Under the pieces are notes generated by a model that did no database searches, was not told where the DNA came from, and was given only the letters and a program-made list of their open reading frames with translations. Source: an uncultured Verrucomicrobiae bacterium (GTDB lineage: Bacteria; Verrucomicrobiota; Verrucomicrobiia; Limisphaerales; Palsa-1400). Taken from it: a stretch of 64,000 nucleotides of DNA. Location: positions 2,912,001 to 2,976,000 of the forward strand of contig OY969763.1 of the NCBI GenBank assembly GCA_963702845.1, in the 5' to 3' direction. Below, piece after piece: positions 19,634-31,201 of the stretch (its first letter is position 1; the number at the start of each line of letters is the position of its first letter). A program made the position numbers and the translations under genes.

Positions 19634-20837
19634 ATGATTTTGAAACGCGTCGTCCCCGGCTTGCTCGCGTTGTTGCTGCTCACGGCCTGCCACACTACGG
19701 CGCCGTTGCCGACGCCGAACGCGCAGAATGCCCACGCATGGCTTGAGATCTCCGAGCCAGCGTTCGAACACAATCTTGCGGAGATGAAGAAACTCGTGGG
19801 CTCGAACACGCAGGTTTGTGCGGTGATGAAGGCGGATGCCTACGGGCACGGAATCGCTTTGCTGATCCCGGCTGTCGTCCGAGCCGCAATCCCGTATGTC
19901 GGCATCACCTCGAATGAAGAAGCCGCCAACGCACGGGCCGCCGGCTACACCGGAAAACTGATGCGACTGCGGACGGCAACCTCGGCAGAAATCGAAGCTG
20001 CCCTGCCCTATAATATCGAAGAGTTGCTGGGAAACCTCACGCTGGCGAAGGACGTGTCCGCGCTCGCGCACCGGCGTCACATCATGCTGCGCTATCATCT
20101 AGCGCTGAACTCCGGTGGCATGAGCCGCAACGGCATCGAACTAAAGACCGACGCCGGCAAAGCCGACGCGCTGGCCTTGCTCCGCCTACCAAACCTGCGG
20201 ATTGTGGGCATCATGACGCCACTTCCCGGTGGAGGAAGTCGCGGATGTCCGCGCCGGGCTCGCAGCTTTCAACAGCGAATCTGCCTGGGTTATTCGTGAA
20301 GGCCACCTCGACCGCTCCAAGCTGCTGCTCCACACTGCGAACTCTTTCACCACGCTCGAAGTTCCCGAAGCGCGCCTTGATCTTGTTCGGCCCGGCGGCG
20401 CACTGTATGGCGATACCGTTCCCTCGCACACCGAATATCAGCGGGTGCTCTCCTTCAAATCCCGGGTCGCGAGCCTTAACACCTACCCAAAGGGCAACAC
20501 CGTCTGTTATGATCGCACGTTCACTCTGGCGCGCGACTCGCGGCTGGCGAACATCCCGGTCGGTTACTCCGATGGTTATCGTCGTGTGTTCTCCAACAAA
20601 GCACACGTCCTCATCCATGGGCACCGGTGTCCCATCGTCGGCCGTGTGACCATGAACACGGTGATGGCAGACGTCACGGATTTCGCCGACGTTCAAATGA
20701 GCGATGAGGTCGTGCTCTACGGCAAGCAGGGCGCGGCGGAGATTACCCAAACGGAGCTCGAGGATATGTCGGGGACGATTCTGGTTGAGGTTTACGGTAT
20801 GTGGGGGCGGGTGAATCCCAGACTTCTTGTAAAATGA
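19634..20837 (+). CDS. alr: PLP-dependent amino-acid racemase, lipoprotein, broad-spectrum (Bsr-like); one extra base near 20219
   Basis: Lipobox LLTAC; AVMKADAYGHG (PLP lysine); NSGGMSRNG. Removing one C restores IMTHFP. Also VRPGGALYG, PVGYSDG and VGRVTMN. Confidence 0.88.
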
Positions 20838-21130
20838 AGTTGGGGAATCACGCCTCCGGCCCTCGACGGTGTAGCACCTCCGCAGCCGCCGGAAACAACA
20901 TGGAACCTGACGCGTGGAAACTCGTCCGGCGACAGACAGATAGACCTACGGCAAAGCCATGCAACCCTTTCCGCGCAAACTGCGTCATCTGAGGTGACTC
21001 CGTTTCAGCCATTTCTTGTTTGAGCTTCGATTGTTTCAAAACTCGATGGGAGTCGGAACTTCCGGTTCGTGCTTTAAATTTCACCTTATGCGGATAAGTT
21101 GGCCCATAGCGAAAAAAAGCGATTTGAATA

Positions 21131-22747
21131 ATGGATAAGATTGCAGACGAAATTTTAAGGCGGCGAACATTTGCGATCATTTCGCATCCCGACGCCGGCA
21201 AGACGACGCTCACGGAAAAGTTCCTTCTCTACGGCGGCGCAGTGCATTTGGCCGGATCAGTTACGGCTCGCAGGAATCAACAGGCCACCACTTCGGATTG
21301 GATGGAATTGGAGCGGCAGCGCGGCATTTCGGTGAGCTCGACCGTCTTGCAGTTCAACTATCAAGATTACGTCGTCAACCTGCTCGACACCCCCGGCCAC
21401 AAAGATTTTTCCGAAGATACCTATCGAGTCCTCACTGCCGTGGACGCCGCGGTCATGGTGATTGACGCGGGTAAAGGTATCGAAACGCAGACGCGCAAGT
21501 TGTTTGAAGTTTGCCGCCAACGCGGCATTCCGATTTTCACCTTCATGAACAAGCTGGATCGTCCGGCGAAAGATCGGTTGTCGCTGTTGGATGAGCTGGA
21601 ACGCGTGCTCGGCATTCACGCTTATCCCATCAACTGGCCACTCGGCGATGGACACGAATTTCGTGGCGTCTTCGATCGGCAAGCCAAACAGGTCCATTTC
21701 TTCGAGCGCGTGGTCGGTGGTTCATATCAAGCGCCAGTTTCGGTGCATGATTTGTCGGAACCGGCGGTGCGCGAGCATATGGCCCCGGACGTTTATGCGC
21801 GGGTGGTAGACGAGTTGGGAATGCTCGATGGCGCGGGCGCATTTTTTGATCGCGACAAGGTTTTGTCGGGCGAATTGACGCCGGTGTTCTTTGGCAGCGC
21901 CGTGAACAACTTTGGCGTTCAACTGCTGCTGGACGGATTCTTGAACCTCGCTCCGGCACCGCAACCACGTTCCATCCAGGGAAAAGAAATTGATCCCGCC
22001 AAAGACCCTTTCTCCGGCTTTGTTTTTAAGATCCAGGCGAACATGGATCCTAGGCATCGGGATCGGTTGGCATTTATTCGGATTTGCTCGGGACGCTTCG
22101 AACGCGACATGACGGTGACGCATACGCGAACGGGAAAGAAAGTTCGCCTGGCCAGTTCCCACAAATTGTTCGGACGAGAGCGGGACACGGTGGATGAAGC
22201 GTATGCCGGGGACGTGATTGGTTTGGTTGGTCATTCGGAATTCCGGATTGGCGACACGCTTTCGAGTGAGCCTTCGCTTGCCTACGATGAAATTCCGCAG
22301 TTCACCCCAGAGTGTTTTGCCTGGTTGCACAGCTCAAGCACAGCGCAGTTCAAAAGGTTTCGCGAAGGACTGGATCAGTTGTTGCAGGAAGGCGTGGTGC
22401 AATCGTTTTTCCTAAAGGATTCGGCGCAACGCGTTCCGTTGCTGGCCGCAGTCGGGCCCTTGCAATTCGACGTGGTGCAGTTCCGTTTGAAAACCGAATA
22501 CGGCGCGGATTCCCGATTGGAAATGGGCTCATGGAAAGCGATTCGCTGGATCACACCGGATTCTCCCGAGGAATTGGCGCAAGCGGTTGTTCCGACGGGC
22601 TGTCGCTGGGCGAACGATACGCACGGTCGAACAGCTTTGCTTTTCACAGCGGAATGGTCTCTAAATTATTTTATCGAAAAGAACCCGCGTTTAACCGCTT
22701 CGCCCTTTCCATCTCCCTCACCCAAACCGGAAAGGGCTGTCAAATAA
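21131..22747 (+). CDS. prfC: Peptide chain release factor 3
   Basis: RRRTFAIISHPDAGKTTLTEK, SDWMELERQRGISV, DTPGH, FKIQANMDPRHRDR. Confidence 0.97.
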   Translation: MDKIADEILRRRTFAIISHPDAGKTTLTEKFLLYGGAVHLAGSVTARRNQQATTSDWMELERQRGISVSSTVLQFNYQDYVVNLLDTPGHKDFSEDTYRVLTAVDAAVMVIDAGKGIETQTRKLFEVCRQRGIPIFTFMNKLDRPAKDRLSLLDELERVLGIHAYPINWPLGDGHEFRGVFDRQAKQVHFFERVVGGSYQAPVSVHDLSEPAVREHMAPDVYARVVDELGMLDGAGAFFDRDKVLSGELTPVFFGSAVNNFGVQLLLDGFLNLAPAPQPRSIQGKEIDPAKDPFSGFVFKIQANMDPRHRDRLAFIRICSGRFERDMTVTHTRTGKKVRLASSHKLFGRERDTVDEAYAGDVIGLVGHSEFRIGDTLSSEPSLAYDEIPQFTPECFAWLHSSSTAQFKRFREGLDQLLQEGVVQSFFLKDSAQRVPLLAAVGPLQFDVVQFRLKTEYGADSRLEMGSWKAIRWITPDSPEELAQAVVPTGCRWANDTHGRTALLFTAEWSLNYFIEKNPRLTASPFPSPSPKPERAVK

Positions 22748-22858
22748 TCAGCTTGTTTTCCCGAGTCATCCCGCCTATTCCGAATAGGCGCGCGAATTTT
22801 TTTAATCGAAAATATTGCTCACTGCCGAACGTCGGCCTCGCATTCTAATTCCCGTTCT

Positions 22859-24403
22859 TTACAAGGCCGGCGTCACTGGTTCACGAATGACGTCGGTTTT
22901 TACTTTCCATTTGTTGAAATAAAGATTTTTGCCGTCCACTTCGACTTCGCCTCGTTGAAAATCGGCTGGTTCCGAGCGCATCGATTTTTTGGGCGGGAAA
23001 AGTTCGCGTCCCCAATCGAGGTTCAGAATCATCCGATAGCTGTCCTGGTGGCCGCAGTAAAAATCAGCGATGCGCGGATCATCTGATTTTTTGACGCCGT
23101 AGGAAGCATCGGCAGGCAACCATCCCCACGGTGCGATGTAAATTTCCGCCCAGTCATGCATGCCCCAATCGTCTTTGACGGGTTTGGTTTCGTAACCGCT
23201 TTGCCATCGCGCCGGCACGCCAGCGATACGGCACATGGTGATGAACACGGTGTTTTGAACGCCGCAATCTCCGCGGCGCGCCTCGAAGCCTTTCAACGCG
23301 AACGACGGAATAATGCAGTATTCGTCCTCCGAGTTCCAAGGGATATTTGCGCTCACCCAGCGGAATAACTTGCGCGCCTTTTGCAGCGCGTTGGTTTCAT
23401 TGCCCACGATTGCGGCAACCTGCTTCCGAATTTCTGGCGCGAACACTATATGCGGCGGGCGTTCTCCGAGGTAAGCGCTTTTCCAATCGGCGGGTAAAGG
23501 TTCGACCGCGCCCGGATTAATCTTCGGATAGTATGCGCGAGAAATGAATTCCGCTTCCTCTTGGAACACGAGAGGTTCGGCCGTATTCGTCACAACCTTC
23601 TCGAAATAGACGGACCGCTGCGGTGCGCCTGTCACCGGGTTGCCGTCTTGTGCGGCGGGCGCGATCATTTTCGGAGTGGGCGATGCGCTGAGAAGTTTGA
23701 CATCGCTCTGCTGCCGATAATCCTGCGGGAACGGTAGCCAGACTCGAACAACTGAGCCCGCTTTGATCTCCGGAAGGTTTGGATCGATCGTCAGTGTATG
23801 GGTAAACCGTTGTTTTACCGGCAGAACCTCAACTTGCCCGGTCTTTTCCGCTTCATTGACGATGGCCTGCAAATGATCCGTTAGTTTCCATTTCGGCGCT
23901 TTTTTGCCTTTGCCTGCTTTTGCGAGGCGAGTTTTTGCGGTGGATGAGAAGAGGTAAATGTTCTTCGGTTCGCCACTGAAGAAAAACCGCTGTCCATCAA
24001 TGCGGCGTTCGCGGATTTTACTTTCGCGAATCCACTGATCGAGATCGCGTGCCGAGGCGTCGGGAATGTCCGTCTGAATTTTACGCAGCAGCGCGTCGGG
24101 GCTAAGCGCATATTCCAGACGAGTGCGGCGAATGATTTCGAGTAGTTCCGCTCGTGCCTCGACCTCGCTGGAGTGACCCTTGTCAACCTTAGCTTGGAGG
24201 GCTTTCTCAGCATCACGGAAGCGGCCTTGATCCATCAGTCGTCGCGCCTGGAGGACGGTTTTGTCCTGGCTCGTAAACGCACGCGAAGCAGCGGCCGGTT
24301 CGGAAGGTGCAGAAAAAGAAACAGGCATATCGAACGTGAGCGCTAGAACAATTGAGCAGCCAAGAAGCAATTGGTTTACAAATCCAGCATGGAGATTCCG
24401 CAT
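22859..24403 (-). CDS. Secreted transglutaminase-like (Cys-His-Asp) domain protein
   Basis: Signal-like N-terminus, VRVWLPFP, RGDCGVQN, GVPARW and HDWAEIYIAPWGWLPAD. Confidence 0.85.
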   Translation of the reverse strand: MRNLHAGFVNQLLLGCSIVLALTFDMPVSFSAPSEPAAASRAFTSQDKTVLQARRLMDQGRFRDAEKALQAKVDKGHSSEVEARAELLEIIRRTRLEYALSPDALLRKIQTDIPDASARDLDQWIRESKIRERRIDGQRFFFSGEPKNIYLFSSTAKTRLAKAGKGKKAPKWKLTDHLQAIVNEAEKTGQVEVLPVKQRFTHTLTIDPNLPEIKAGSVVRVWLPFPQDYRQQSDVKLLSASPTPKMIAPAAQDGNPVTGAPQRSVYFEKVVTNTAEPLVFQEEAEFISRAYYPKINPGAVEPLPADWKSAYLGERPPHIVFAPEIRKQVAAIVGNETNALQKARKLFRWVSANIPWNSEDEYCIIPSFALKGFEARRGDCGVQNTVFITMCRIAGVPARWQSGYETKPVKDDWGMHDWAEIYIAPWGWLPADASYGVKKSDDPRIADFYCGHQDSYRMILNLDWGRELFPPKKSMRSEPADFQRGEVEVDGKNLYFNKWKVKTDVIREPVTPAL

Positions 24404-24825
24404 GGGGATAGGTTGAAAACATCGCAGACAAACAGCAAGCCGAACCGTTAAGGAAAAACGACCGGGTGGTCTGGATGGTTTTGATTTCATTGTGCGGCGT
24501 TCACACAGAAGGACTCGTTTTTCACGCAGAATCAGAGTGTCCCTCTTTGCGGGTAGCCTAAAGCAGAGGCGGCACAAACAATGCTAAGTTCCAGGCAAGT
24601 CGGATGTTCTCTTGACACGAGACACTGCCAAAATGTTTTATTCGGTTGACAATACATAGAGGCACAATGTATAACAGTCCTAACTTAACCCAAGGAATCG
24701 GTCTCTGCATTTACTGGAAATAAATCGACGGCACGGCTGGGCCGTAAGACCCGCCGGATTGCCATAGACGAAAACCAGCATGGGGAACGTCCCTACTACT
24801 GAATTCGGGTACTCATCTAAAACCT

Positions 24826-27800
24826 ATGTTCACAACGAAGTCTCGCGAGATGTTTGGTGTTTTGATTGCTGCTTTTATGTGTTCCGTCGTCGGTCGCGCG
24901 GCGGTGTTGCGTGTACCCGCCGATTTTACCGGCATTCAAAACGCGATTGATAACAGCACAAATGGCGATGTGATTCTCGTCAGTCCTGGCAATTATTTTG
25001 AGAACATCAATTTCAAGGGCAAGGCCATCACCGTCAGTAGCACGAACATTGCAGATCTCAATGTTGCCGGGAGCACCGTTATCCATGGAGTCGGCAAGAC
25101 AAGCGTGGTCACCTTTGCCACCGGGGAAACCTCAAATTCCGTTCTTGCCGGCCTCACGATTACCGGTGGTTTCGGAACGGTAAATGCCAGTTTTGGCACT
25201 AATTTCTATTTCGGCGCGGGTATTTATTGCATTACTTCTTCGCCGTTGATTCTTGGCAATATCATCACGACAAACGTGGCACCGAATGGTGCCGTCAGTG
25301 ATGCTGGATATGGTGGCGCAATCGGCTGCGTCCAGTCCGATGCGATCATCGAACGTAATGTAATCAAAGCAAACAACGGTTACGCAGGAGGCGGGATATT
25401 CACGTATCTCGGCAATGCCAAAATAACGGGCAATTTGATTTACAGCAATTCGGCTGCGATCGGTGGCGGAGCGGCGGTGATATCTGGCGGCAAGCTCATC
25501 AACAACACGTTCGTGGGAAACGCCGCGACCGAAGGTGGAGGAAATGTGTACGCCGATTCGGATGCTAGCGGTCAGAGCATCATCACGGACAATATCATTT
25601 GTAGCGCCACGATGGGCGGAGGCATCTATGTAGACACCCAGGACACGATTACTCAAATGGCTTTCAACGACGTTTGGAACAACACGGATGACGATTATTA
25701 CGCGGCGACAAATCGCACCGGCATCAACGGCAATATTTCCCACGATCCGCTATTTGTTGATGGCGCAAATAATGATTATCATCTTCAGGACAATTCACCC
25801 TGCATCAACGTAGGTGATCCCAACTTCCAGCCGGCTCCCGCTGAACTCGCCTTCTACGGCAACCCCCGCGTCTACGCCAAACGTGTCGACATCGGAGCTG
25901 CTGAATATTTCGACAACTTCAGGCCGCTCGCTGACGCCGGGCCGGATCAAGCACTGACGGTCACCAGTTTACCGGTCGTTGTGTCGTTGGACGGAAGCGC
26001 TTCGAGTGATCCTAACGCTGTGGTTTTATCCTGGCACTGGAGCCAGATTAGCGGTCCCGCCGTGAGTCTCTCGAATAGCAATGCAATAAAACCGACGTTT
26101 AGCGCCTCAACACTGGGGACGTACATCTTCCAACTGGTCGTAAACAACGGCAGCTTCGACAGTTTTTCAGATGCTGTGCAAGTCAGCGTGAAAAACGATC
26201 CTCCGATTGCCGACGCCGGAGATAATCAACTGTATAGCGATCAAACGCCAATTGCATCAATCACATTGGATGGCTCCAGGTCTTCTGATCCTGAGAATGC
26301 ACCGCTAAACTATCACTGGACACAGATAGCTGGTTGGACTGTCCAGTTGACTGATCAAGCCGCCGTGAAACCTGCTTTCGCGAATCCCTGGCCCGGGAGT
26401 TACCTGTTTCAGTTGATTGTTAATGACGGTTTGCAGAACAGCCCGCCAGCTGTCGTGAAGATTGTTATTGGTCCAAATCACGCGCCAGTCGCAAACGCAG
26501 GCCCGTCGCGTTATTTGGTGGCAGGCAGCGTTACCCTGGATGGAACGAAGTCCTACGATCCCGACGGTGTCACGTTGACTTACCAATGGAGACAGACTTC
26601 AGGCCCCGCGGTGACGATCACCGGAACCAATACATCCACTCCGTTGGTCACCGTAACAACAAAATCCTTCGTCACAAAATGTGTATTTGAACTGGTGGTA
26701 AGCGACGGCGCTCTCATCAGTTTGCCGACGAATGTTACTGTGACGATCGTGCCCAACTTTGCCAGCAATGTCCTTGTGCTGAGAAACCCGCCTTTCGATT
26801 CGGCAAAACCTACGATTGTAGCCTTTGACGGAGGCAACTGCAGCACTGGGGTCGGGATGACCTTCGGGGGAGTGTGGTCGCAACAGGCAAACTGGATCAC
26901 AGTGGATAGCTACAGCCCGCCTTATGCCAGATACGGCGATATGCTCGTGGCCTACCTTTCCACTGTCGCGCCTGATTATAAGAAGCCGATCCAGACGATT
27001 GGGTTCAGCACCGGAAACCTGCCCGCCATGGAGGTCGCCCGATACGACAATGCGACCTACGCGGATGCGCGCTATGCCGTAAATCGCGTTTCGTTACTCG
27101 ACGCCGTTTGCAGTAATCTGGGTACCAGCGTTGCGCAATATGATGGCAAACCCATCGCCGGCGAGCAGTGCTGGGTCGACAATTATATCAGCAACGACCC
27201 CGCTCATACGCGGCAGCCGATATTGCCCGGGGCATTCAACATTGTTTGCAATCCAGCTCGCGACCATGCCTACCCGTATCAAAGATATAAAGCTTCGAGC
27301 CTCGACTACACAAACGGTGGCCTTACCGCTTTCGCCTATCTGTCTCTTATTGGGAGTGGAAAGAATTATCAGCTCAATACCGCTTCCCAAAAATATTACT
27401 TCACGATCGATTCAACCGAATCCATCGTGTTTTTCAATCAGTCTTTATACCCTGGAAAAATCCTGGCGCCCGTCCAACTGACCGGTCCACCCGATGGGGC
27501 CATACTTGATAAAAATGGCGCGGTGTTTAGTTGCGGATCGGTCCAAAATTCCGCGCATTATCAGCTGCTCTTCGGTTCCAACCCCGACCGCGTCATGGAC
27601 TACACCGTTATATCCGACACCACCAATCCGCCAACCCAGACCGTCTTAACCCTGCCGTTTACTCAAACTTGGTGGACCGTCAAAGCCTACGACCAATTCG
27701 GGTCAACGATCTATGCAGACCCAAGGCTGATAAAACTGCCTGCGAATCATCCACCGCTTGCGAATGCCGGCACCACCCAGATAGTTCGTGCAGGGCTCGA

Positions 27801-28233
27801 CGGAACAGCAACAATCGTGCTCGACGGTTCAACGTCATCCGACACTGATAGCAATTTGCTTAGCCTTGCCTGGGCCTGGTCGATCGGTGCGGCGACTTAT
27901 CTAACTAACGGAGTGAACCCGCAAATTGCCCTCCCGGTAGGGACGCACACAATTCAACTAATGGTAAATGACGGCCAAACGAATTCCCAACCAGATGCAG
28001 TGGCCATTACAGTGCTCCCCCCTCTCCCGTTGTTGTCTATCGCCCGCTCGGGGACCGACGCGATCCTTTCCTGGAGCACCAACGATGCTGCGTTCCAACT
28101 CCAGTCGACATCAAACTTCGATTCAACAGCCACCTGGTCGAATGTTCCGGGGGCACCGACTATCTCCGGCAACCAGCTTTCCCAGACCGACCCGTTTGAG
28201 GACAAAAAGTTCTACCGCCTGAGCAGCCCTTGA
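24826..28233 (+). CDS. Large secreted protein: right-handed beta-helix, PKD/K319L-like repeats, alpha/beta-hydrolase-like domain, C-terminal FYRL domain
   Basis: Signal peptide; IQNAID..TNGDVILVSPGNY.ENI; DYHLQDNSPCINVG; repeated P.ADAG.DQ....LDGS.S.DP; IGFSTG; ends FQLQST....W...KKFYRLSSP. Confidence 0.85.
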   Translation: MFTTKSREMFGVLIAAFMCSVVGRAAVLRVPADFTGIQNAIDNSTNGDVILVSPGNYFENINFKGKAITVSSTNIADLNVAGSTVIHGVGKTSVVTFATGETSNSVLAGLTITGGFGTVNASFGTNFYFGAGIYCITSSPLILGNIITTNVAPNGAVSDAGYGGAIGCVQSDAIIERNVIKANNGYAGGGIFTYLGNAKITGNLIYSNSAAIGGGAAVISGGKLINNTFVGNAATEGGGNVYADSDASGQSIITDNIICSATMGGGIYVDTQDTITQMAFNDVWNNTDDDYYAATNRTGINGNISHDPLFVDGANNDYHLQDNSPCINVGDPNFQPAPAELAFYGNPRVYAKRVDIGAAEYFDNFRPLADAGPDQALTVTSLPVVVSLDGSASSDPNAVVLSWHWSQISGPAVSLSNSNAIKPTFSASTLGTYIFQLVVNNGSFDSFSDAVQVSVKNDPPIADAGDNQLYSDQTPIASITLDGSRSSDPENAPLNYHWTQIAGWTVQLTDQAAVKPAFANPWPGSYLFQLIVNDGLQNSPPAVVKIVIGPNHAPVANAGPSRYLVAGSVTLDGTKSYDPDGVTLTYQWRQTSGPAVTITGTNTSTPLVTVTTKSFVTKCVFELVVSDGALISLPTNVTVTIVPNFASNVLVLRNPPFDSAKPTIVAFDGGNCSTGVGMTFGGVWSQQANWITVDSYSPPYARYGDMLVAYLSTVAPDYKKPIQTIGFSTGNLPAMEVARYDNATYADARYAVNRVSLLDAVCSNLGTSVAQYDGKPIAGEQCWVDNYISNDPAHTRQPILPGAFNIVCNPARDHAYPYQRYKASSLDYTNGGLTAFAYLSLIGSGKNYQLNTASQKYYFTIDSTESIVFFNQSLYPGKILAPVQLTGPPDGAILDKNGAVFSCGSVQNSAHYQLLFGSNPDRVMDYTVISDTTNPPTQTVLTLPFTQTWWTVKAYDQFGSTIYADPRLIKLPANHPPLANAGTTQIVRAGLDGTATIVLDGSTSSDTDSNLLSLAWAWSIGAATYLTNGVNPQIALPVGTHTIQLMVNDGQTNSQPDAVAITVLPPLPLLSIARSGTDAILSWSTNDAAFQLQSTSNFDSTATWSNVPGAPTISGNQLSQTDPFEDKKFYRLSSP

Positions 28234-28270
28234 GCGCGGCGACTATCAATGGAGCCGAAAATAGAAACCC

Positions 28271-29002
28271 ATGAGCACAATCTCTGAATTTAAACGCGCC
28301 TTCACGCTTATCGAAATGCTGGTCGTCATCGCGGTTATCGCGATTCTCCTCGCATTATTGCTTCCCGTGCTCAGCAGCGCTAAGGCGAAGGCGAGGCGAA
28401 CGGTTTGTTCGAATAATCTGCGCCAAATCAGCATCGGTTTGCGGCTGTATACCGATGACTTCAGCGATAAAACGCCGCGAACACCAGGAACGACTGCCGC
28501 TCCGGGGCTGAATTGGACCGGCTATAAAAACAGGATGAAACATTATGTTGGCCTCAACGGAACATCATCGCCGCAGGACAAGTTGTTTGCCTGCCCGGCT
28601 GACACTTTCTACTACAACGTGGCTGGCCATTTTGAGTTCGTGCCCAAGGCCTTGCATGACCAAGGGCCGGAGTATTTGAGCTACGCGTTTAATGGTGGAA
28701 ACGCGAGGACGAATTCAAATGCTCCCGGTATCGCTGGACGGTCTCTTGCTTCGATAAAGGATCCAGCCAAAACGGTTCTCGTTGCCGACGGGCCAGCGCT
28801 TATTCCTTACTCCTGGCATGAACCGAAGACGCCGGCCCCCAACGGAGCTCCCATGTTTGATGACGCCAAAAACGTGGTTGGCTTCGTGGATGGTCATGTC
28901 AGCTATATTAAAATTTATTGGGGCGGCAATAATCCTCCTGGATCACTGGCGCTACATCATGATCCGCCTGCCCGATACGATTACAAATGGAGTGGAGATT
29001 AG
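28271..29002 (+). CDS. Prepilin-type N-terminal methylation domain protein with H-X9-DG-CTERM-type C-terminus (DUF1559-like)
   Basis: [50 protein letters not shown] and GFVDGHV. Confidence 0.9.
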   Translation: MSTISEFKRAFTLIEMLVVIAVIAILLALLLPVLSSAKAKARRTVCSNNLRQISIGLRLYTDDFSDKTPRTPGTTAAPGLNWTGYKNRMKHYVGLNGTSSPQDKLFACPADTFYYNVAGHFEFVPKALHDQGPEYLSYAFNGGNARTNSNAPGIAGRSLASIKDPAKTVLVADGPALIPYSWHEPKTPAPNGAPMFDDAKNVVGFVDGHVSYIKIYWGGNNPPGSLALHHDPPARYDYKWSGD

Positions 29003-29239
29003 AACGGGTGCTCCCCAATTGCGCTTCGCGTATTCAATGAGACTGAGGCTGAAATGGTTTAGGGGCACACCTATAAAAAAGCCCTTGAACTTATTAAAAA
29101 TTTAAATGACCGGAATGACTTTTTATGAAATTTTGTGACTCTATTTGACCCCACCTAATAACAAACACCGAAACAGCGGCCTTGAATCTGCAGGTTGGTA
29201 TCGCATCGCGATACCAAGAGGCGTAGCTGCGGCGTAGAC

Positions 29240-29267
29240 AAAAGGGCCGCTCGCATGGCGAGCGGCC
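29240..29267 (-). terminator. Rho-independent terminator of cysK
   Basis: ggccgctcgc-N3-gcgagcggcc stem with a T-tract on the minus strand. Confidence 0.7.
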
Positions 29268-29299
29268 TCACAAAGCATCAATAATTTCCAACGAATTAA

Positions 29300-30283
29300 T
29301 CAACCTCCGACTTCAGCGCGCGCTTCCGCGGCCAAAGGTGTGCTGAGGTAACGTTCGCCGGTCGAGCAGGCAATCGTCACGATGGTCTTGCCCTTATTTT
29401 GTGGGCGCTTAGCAACTTCGATCGCAGCGACGACGTTGGCACCGGTGGAGATACCAACCAAAATTCCTTCTTCCTTGGCCAGACGGCGAGCCATCGCAAA
29501 TGCATCGTCGTTTGTCACCTCGACACACTCGGTAATCTGCGCGTTGCCCTTGCTGTCTTTGAGGTGAAGATTTTTCGGGATAAAACCAGCGCCCGTGCCT
29601 TGAATTTTGTGTGGACCAGGCTTGAGAGGCTGACCAGCGAGGGTTTGCGAAATGACCGGCGAATCTTTCGGTTCGACAGCAATGGCTTCGAACGATGGCT
29701 TGCGCGGTTTAATCACTTCAACGCAACCGGTGATGGTTCCGCCGGTTCCGACGGCCGAGATAAGAATATCCACTTTGCCATCAGTGTCGGCCCAAATTTC
29801 TTCCGCCGTTGTACGCATGTGCACGGCTGGATTAGCAGGATTGTCGAACTGCTGCGGTATCCAGGCGCCTGGGGTTTCTTTCGCAATTTGTTCCGCGCGC
29901 GCAATGGCGCCCTTCATGCCTTCGCTGCCCGGAGTCAGGACAACTTTTGCACCGAGCATTGCCAGCAATGTGCGGCGTTCCAGCGACATCGTTTCGGGCA
30001 TCGTCAGGATAAGCTTGTAACCTTTGGCGGCGGCGACAAATGCCAGAGCAATGCCTGTGTTGCCGCTGGTCGGCTCGATGATCACGGTGTCTTTTTTAAG
30101 AATTCCTTGCTTTTCAGCGTCTTCAATCATGGCCATGCCGATACGGTCTTTGACGCTGCCCAGCGGGTTGAAGAATTCGCACTTCAGCAGAATATTGGCA
30201 TCAACGCCAGCGGTGACTTTGTTTAGACGGACCAGCGGCGTGTGTCCGACAGTTTCTACGATGTTATTGAAAATACGTGCCAT
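29300..30283 (-). CDS. cysK: Cysteine synthase A
   Basis: [48 protein letters not shown] and GERYLS. Confidence 0.96.
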   Translation of the reverse strand: MARIFNNIVETVGHTPLVRLNKVTAGVDANILLKCEFFNPLGSVKDRIGMAMIEDAEKQGILKKDTVIIEPTSGNTGIALAFVAAAKGYKLILTMPETMSLERRTLLAMLGAKVVLTPGSEGMKGAIARAEQIAKETPGAWIPQQFDNPANPAVHMRTTAEEIWADTDGKVDILISAVGTGGTITGCVEVIKPRKPSFEAIAVEPKDSPVISQTLAGQPLKPGPHKIQGTGAGFIPKNLHLKDSKGNAQITECVEVTNDDAFAMARRLAKEEGILVGISTGANVVAAIEVAKRPQNKGKTIVTIACSTGERYLSTPLAAEARAEVGG

Positions 30284-30424
30284 AAAAAGATTGGTATTTG
30301 TAGCAATTCAATCTTGTCCCATTCACGTGACAGGGCAAGCGATATTTTGCATGAGAAAGGAACAAGACTTGCGTCACGCAACATTAATTGTTTAATTCCC
30401 GCACGACAGGTTGTTAGAATACTT

Positions 30425-31099
30425 ATGGCTACAACATTCAAGTCAAAATCTCCCCAGACCCGAATCTTTCTGGTCGAGGACCACGCAATGGTTCGCGAAG
30501 GCCTCGCCGACGCTATCAAACGCGAATCCGACCTAACGGTTTGCGGTGAGGCGGACGACGCTGGCAAAGCTGGACAAATGATCCAGACGGCCAAACCTGA
30601 TTTGGCAATTGTCGATCTTGGCCTGAAAAATTCCAACGGCCTCGACCTGATAAAGAACCTTCACGTGCAGAATCCGAATCTTCCGATTCTCGTTGTTTCG
30701 ATGTACGAGGAATCTATTTATGGCGAACGCGCGATGCGTGCAGGGGCCAAAGGATTTATTACGAAGCAGGAAGCAATTCAGGATGTGCTGAAAGCAATCC
30801 GCCAGATTCTTGCCGGTGAAATTTATCTCAGCGAAAAATTAAAGACCCAAATCGCGAGAAAAATCGTGGGCCATGGCGTCGGCGAACCGCGCCCAACCGA
30901 TAAATTGTCCGATCGCGAACTCCAGATCCTGACCTTCATCGGAGAAGGTCGCAGCGCCCGGCAAATGGCGGAATCCCTCCATCTTGATATCAGCACCGTC
31001 GAAACCTACCGGTCCCGCATCAAAGAAAAACTTGGGTTCAGCGATACAAATGAGCTTTTGCAATATGCAATCCGCTGGCGTCAGGGCCAAGGGACCTAG
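30425..31099 (+). CDS. NarL/LuxR-family two-component response regulator (orphan)
   Basis: Receiver domain (LVEDH, PDLAIVD, GAKGFITK) and LuxR HTH (LSDRELQIL...STVETYRSRIKEKL). Confidence 0.93.
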   Translation: MATTFKSKSPQTRIFLVEDHAMVREGLADAIKRESDLTVCGEADDAGKAGQMIQTAKPDLAIVDLGLKNSNGLDLIKNLHVQNPNLPILVVSMYEESIYGERAMRAGAKGFITKQEAIQDVLKAIRQILAGEIYLSEKLKTQIARKIVGHGVGEPRPTDKLSDRELQILTFIGEGRSARQMAESLHLDISTVETYRSRIKEKLGFSDTNELLQYAIRWRQGQGT

Positions 31100-31201
31100 G
31101 GGCTCTGTAGGGCCCGCCCTCACATATGCGTAAATTCACGTGTGACAACACGTTGCCGACACAGCTTGACAGACAAATTACCGACTTTTTGCAATATTGA
31201 T

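Noticed and set aside
24700..24765. Possible c-di-GMP-I (GEMM) riboswitch in the leader of the 24826 gene (ends GCCGGATTGCC)
   Set aside because: Only a single hairpin is evident; the GGCAAA...GAAA...GACGCAAA core is missing.
29195..29217. Perfect 10-bp hairpin ttggtatcgc/gcgataccaa
   Set aside because: Isolated, with no T-tract or second copy; possibly a terminator element between convergent genes but unsupported.
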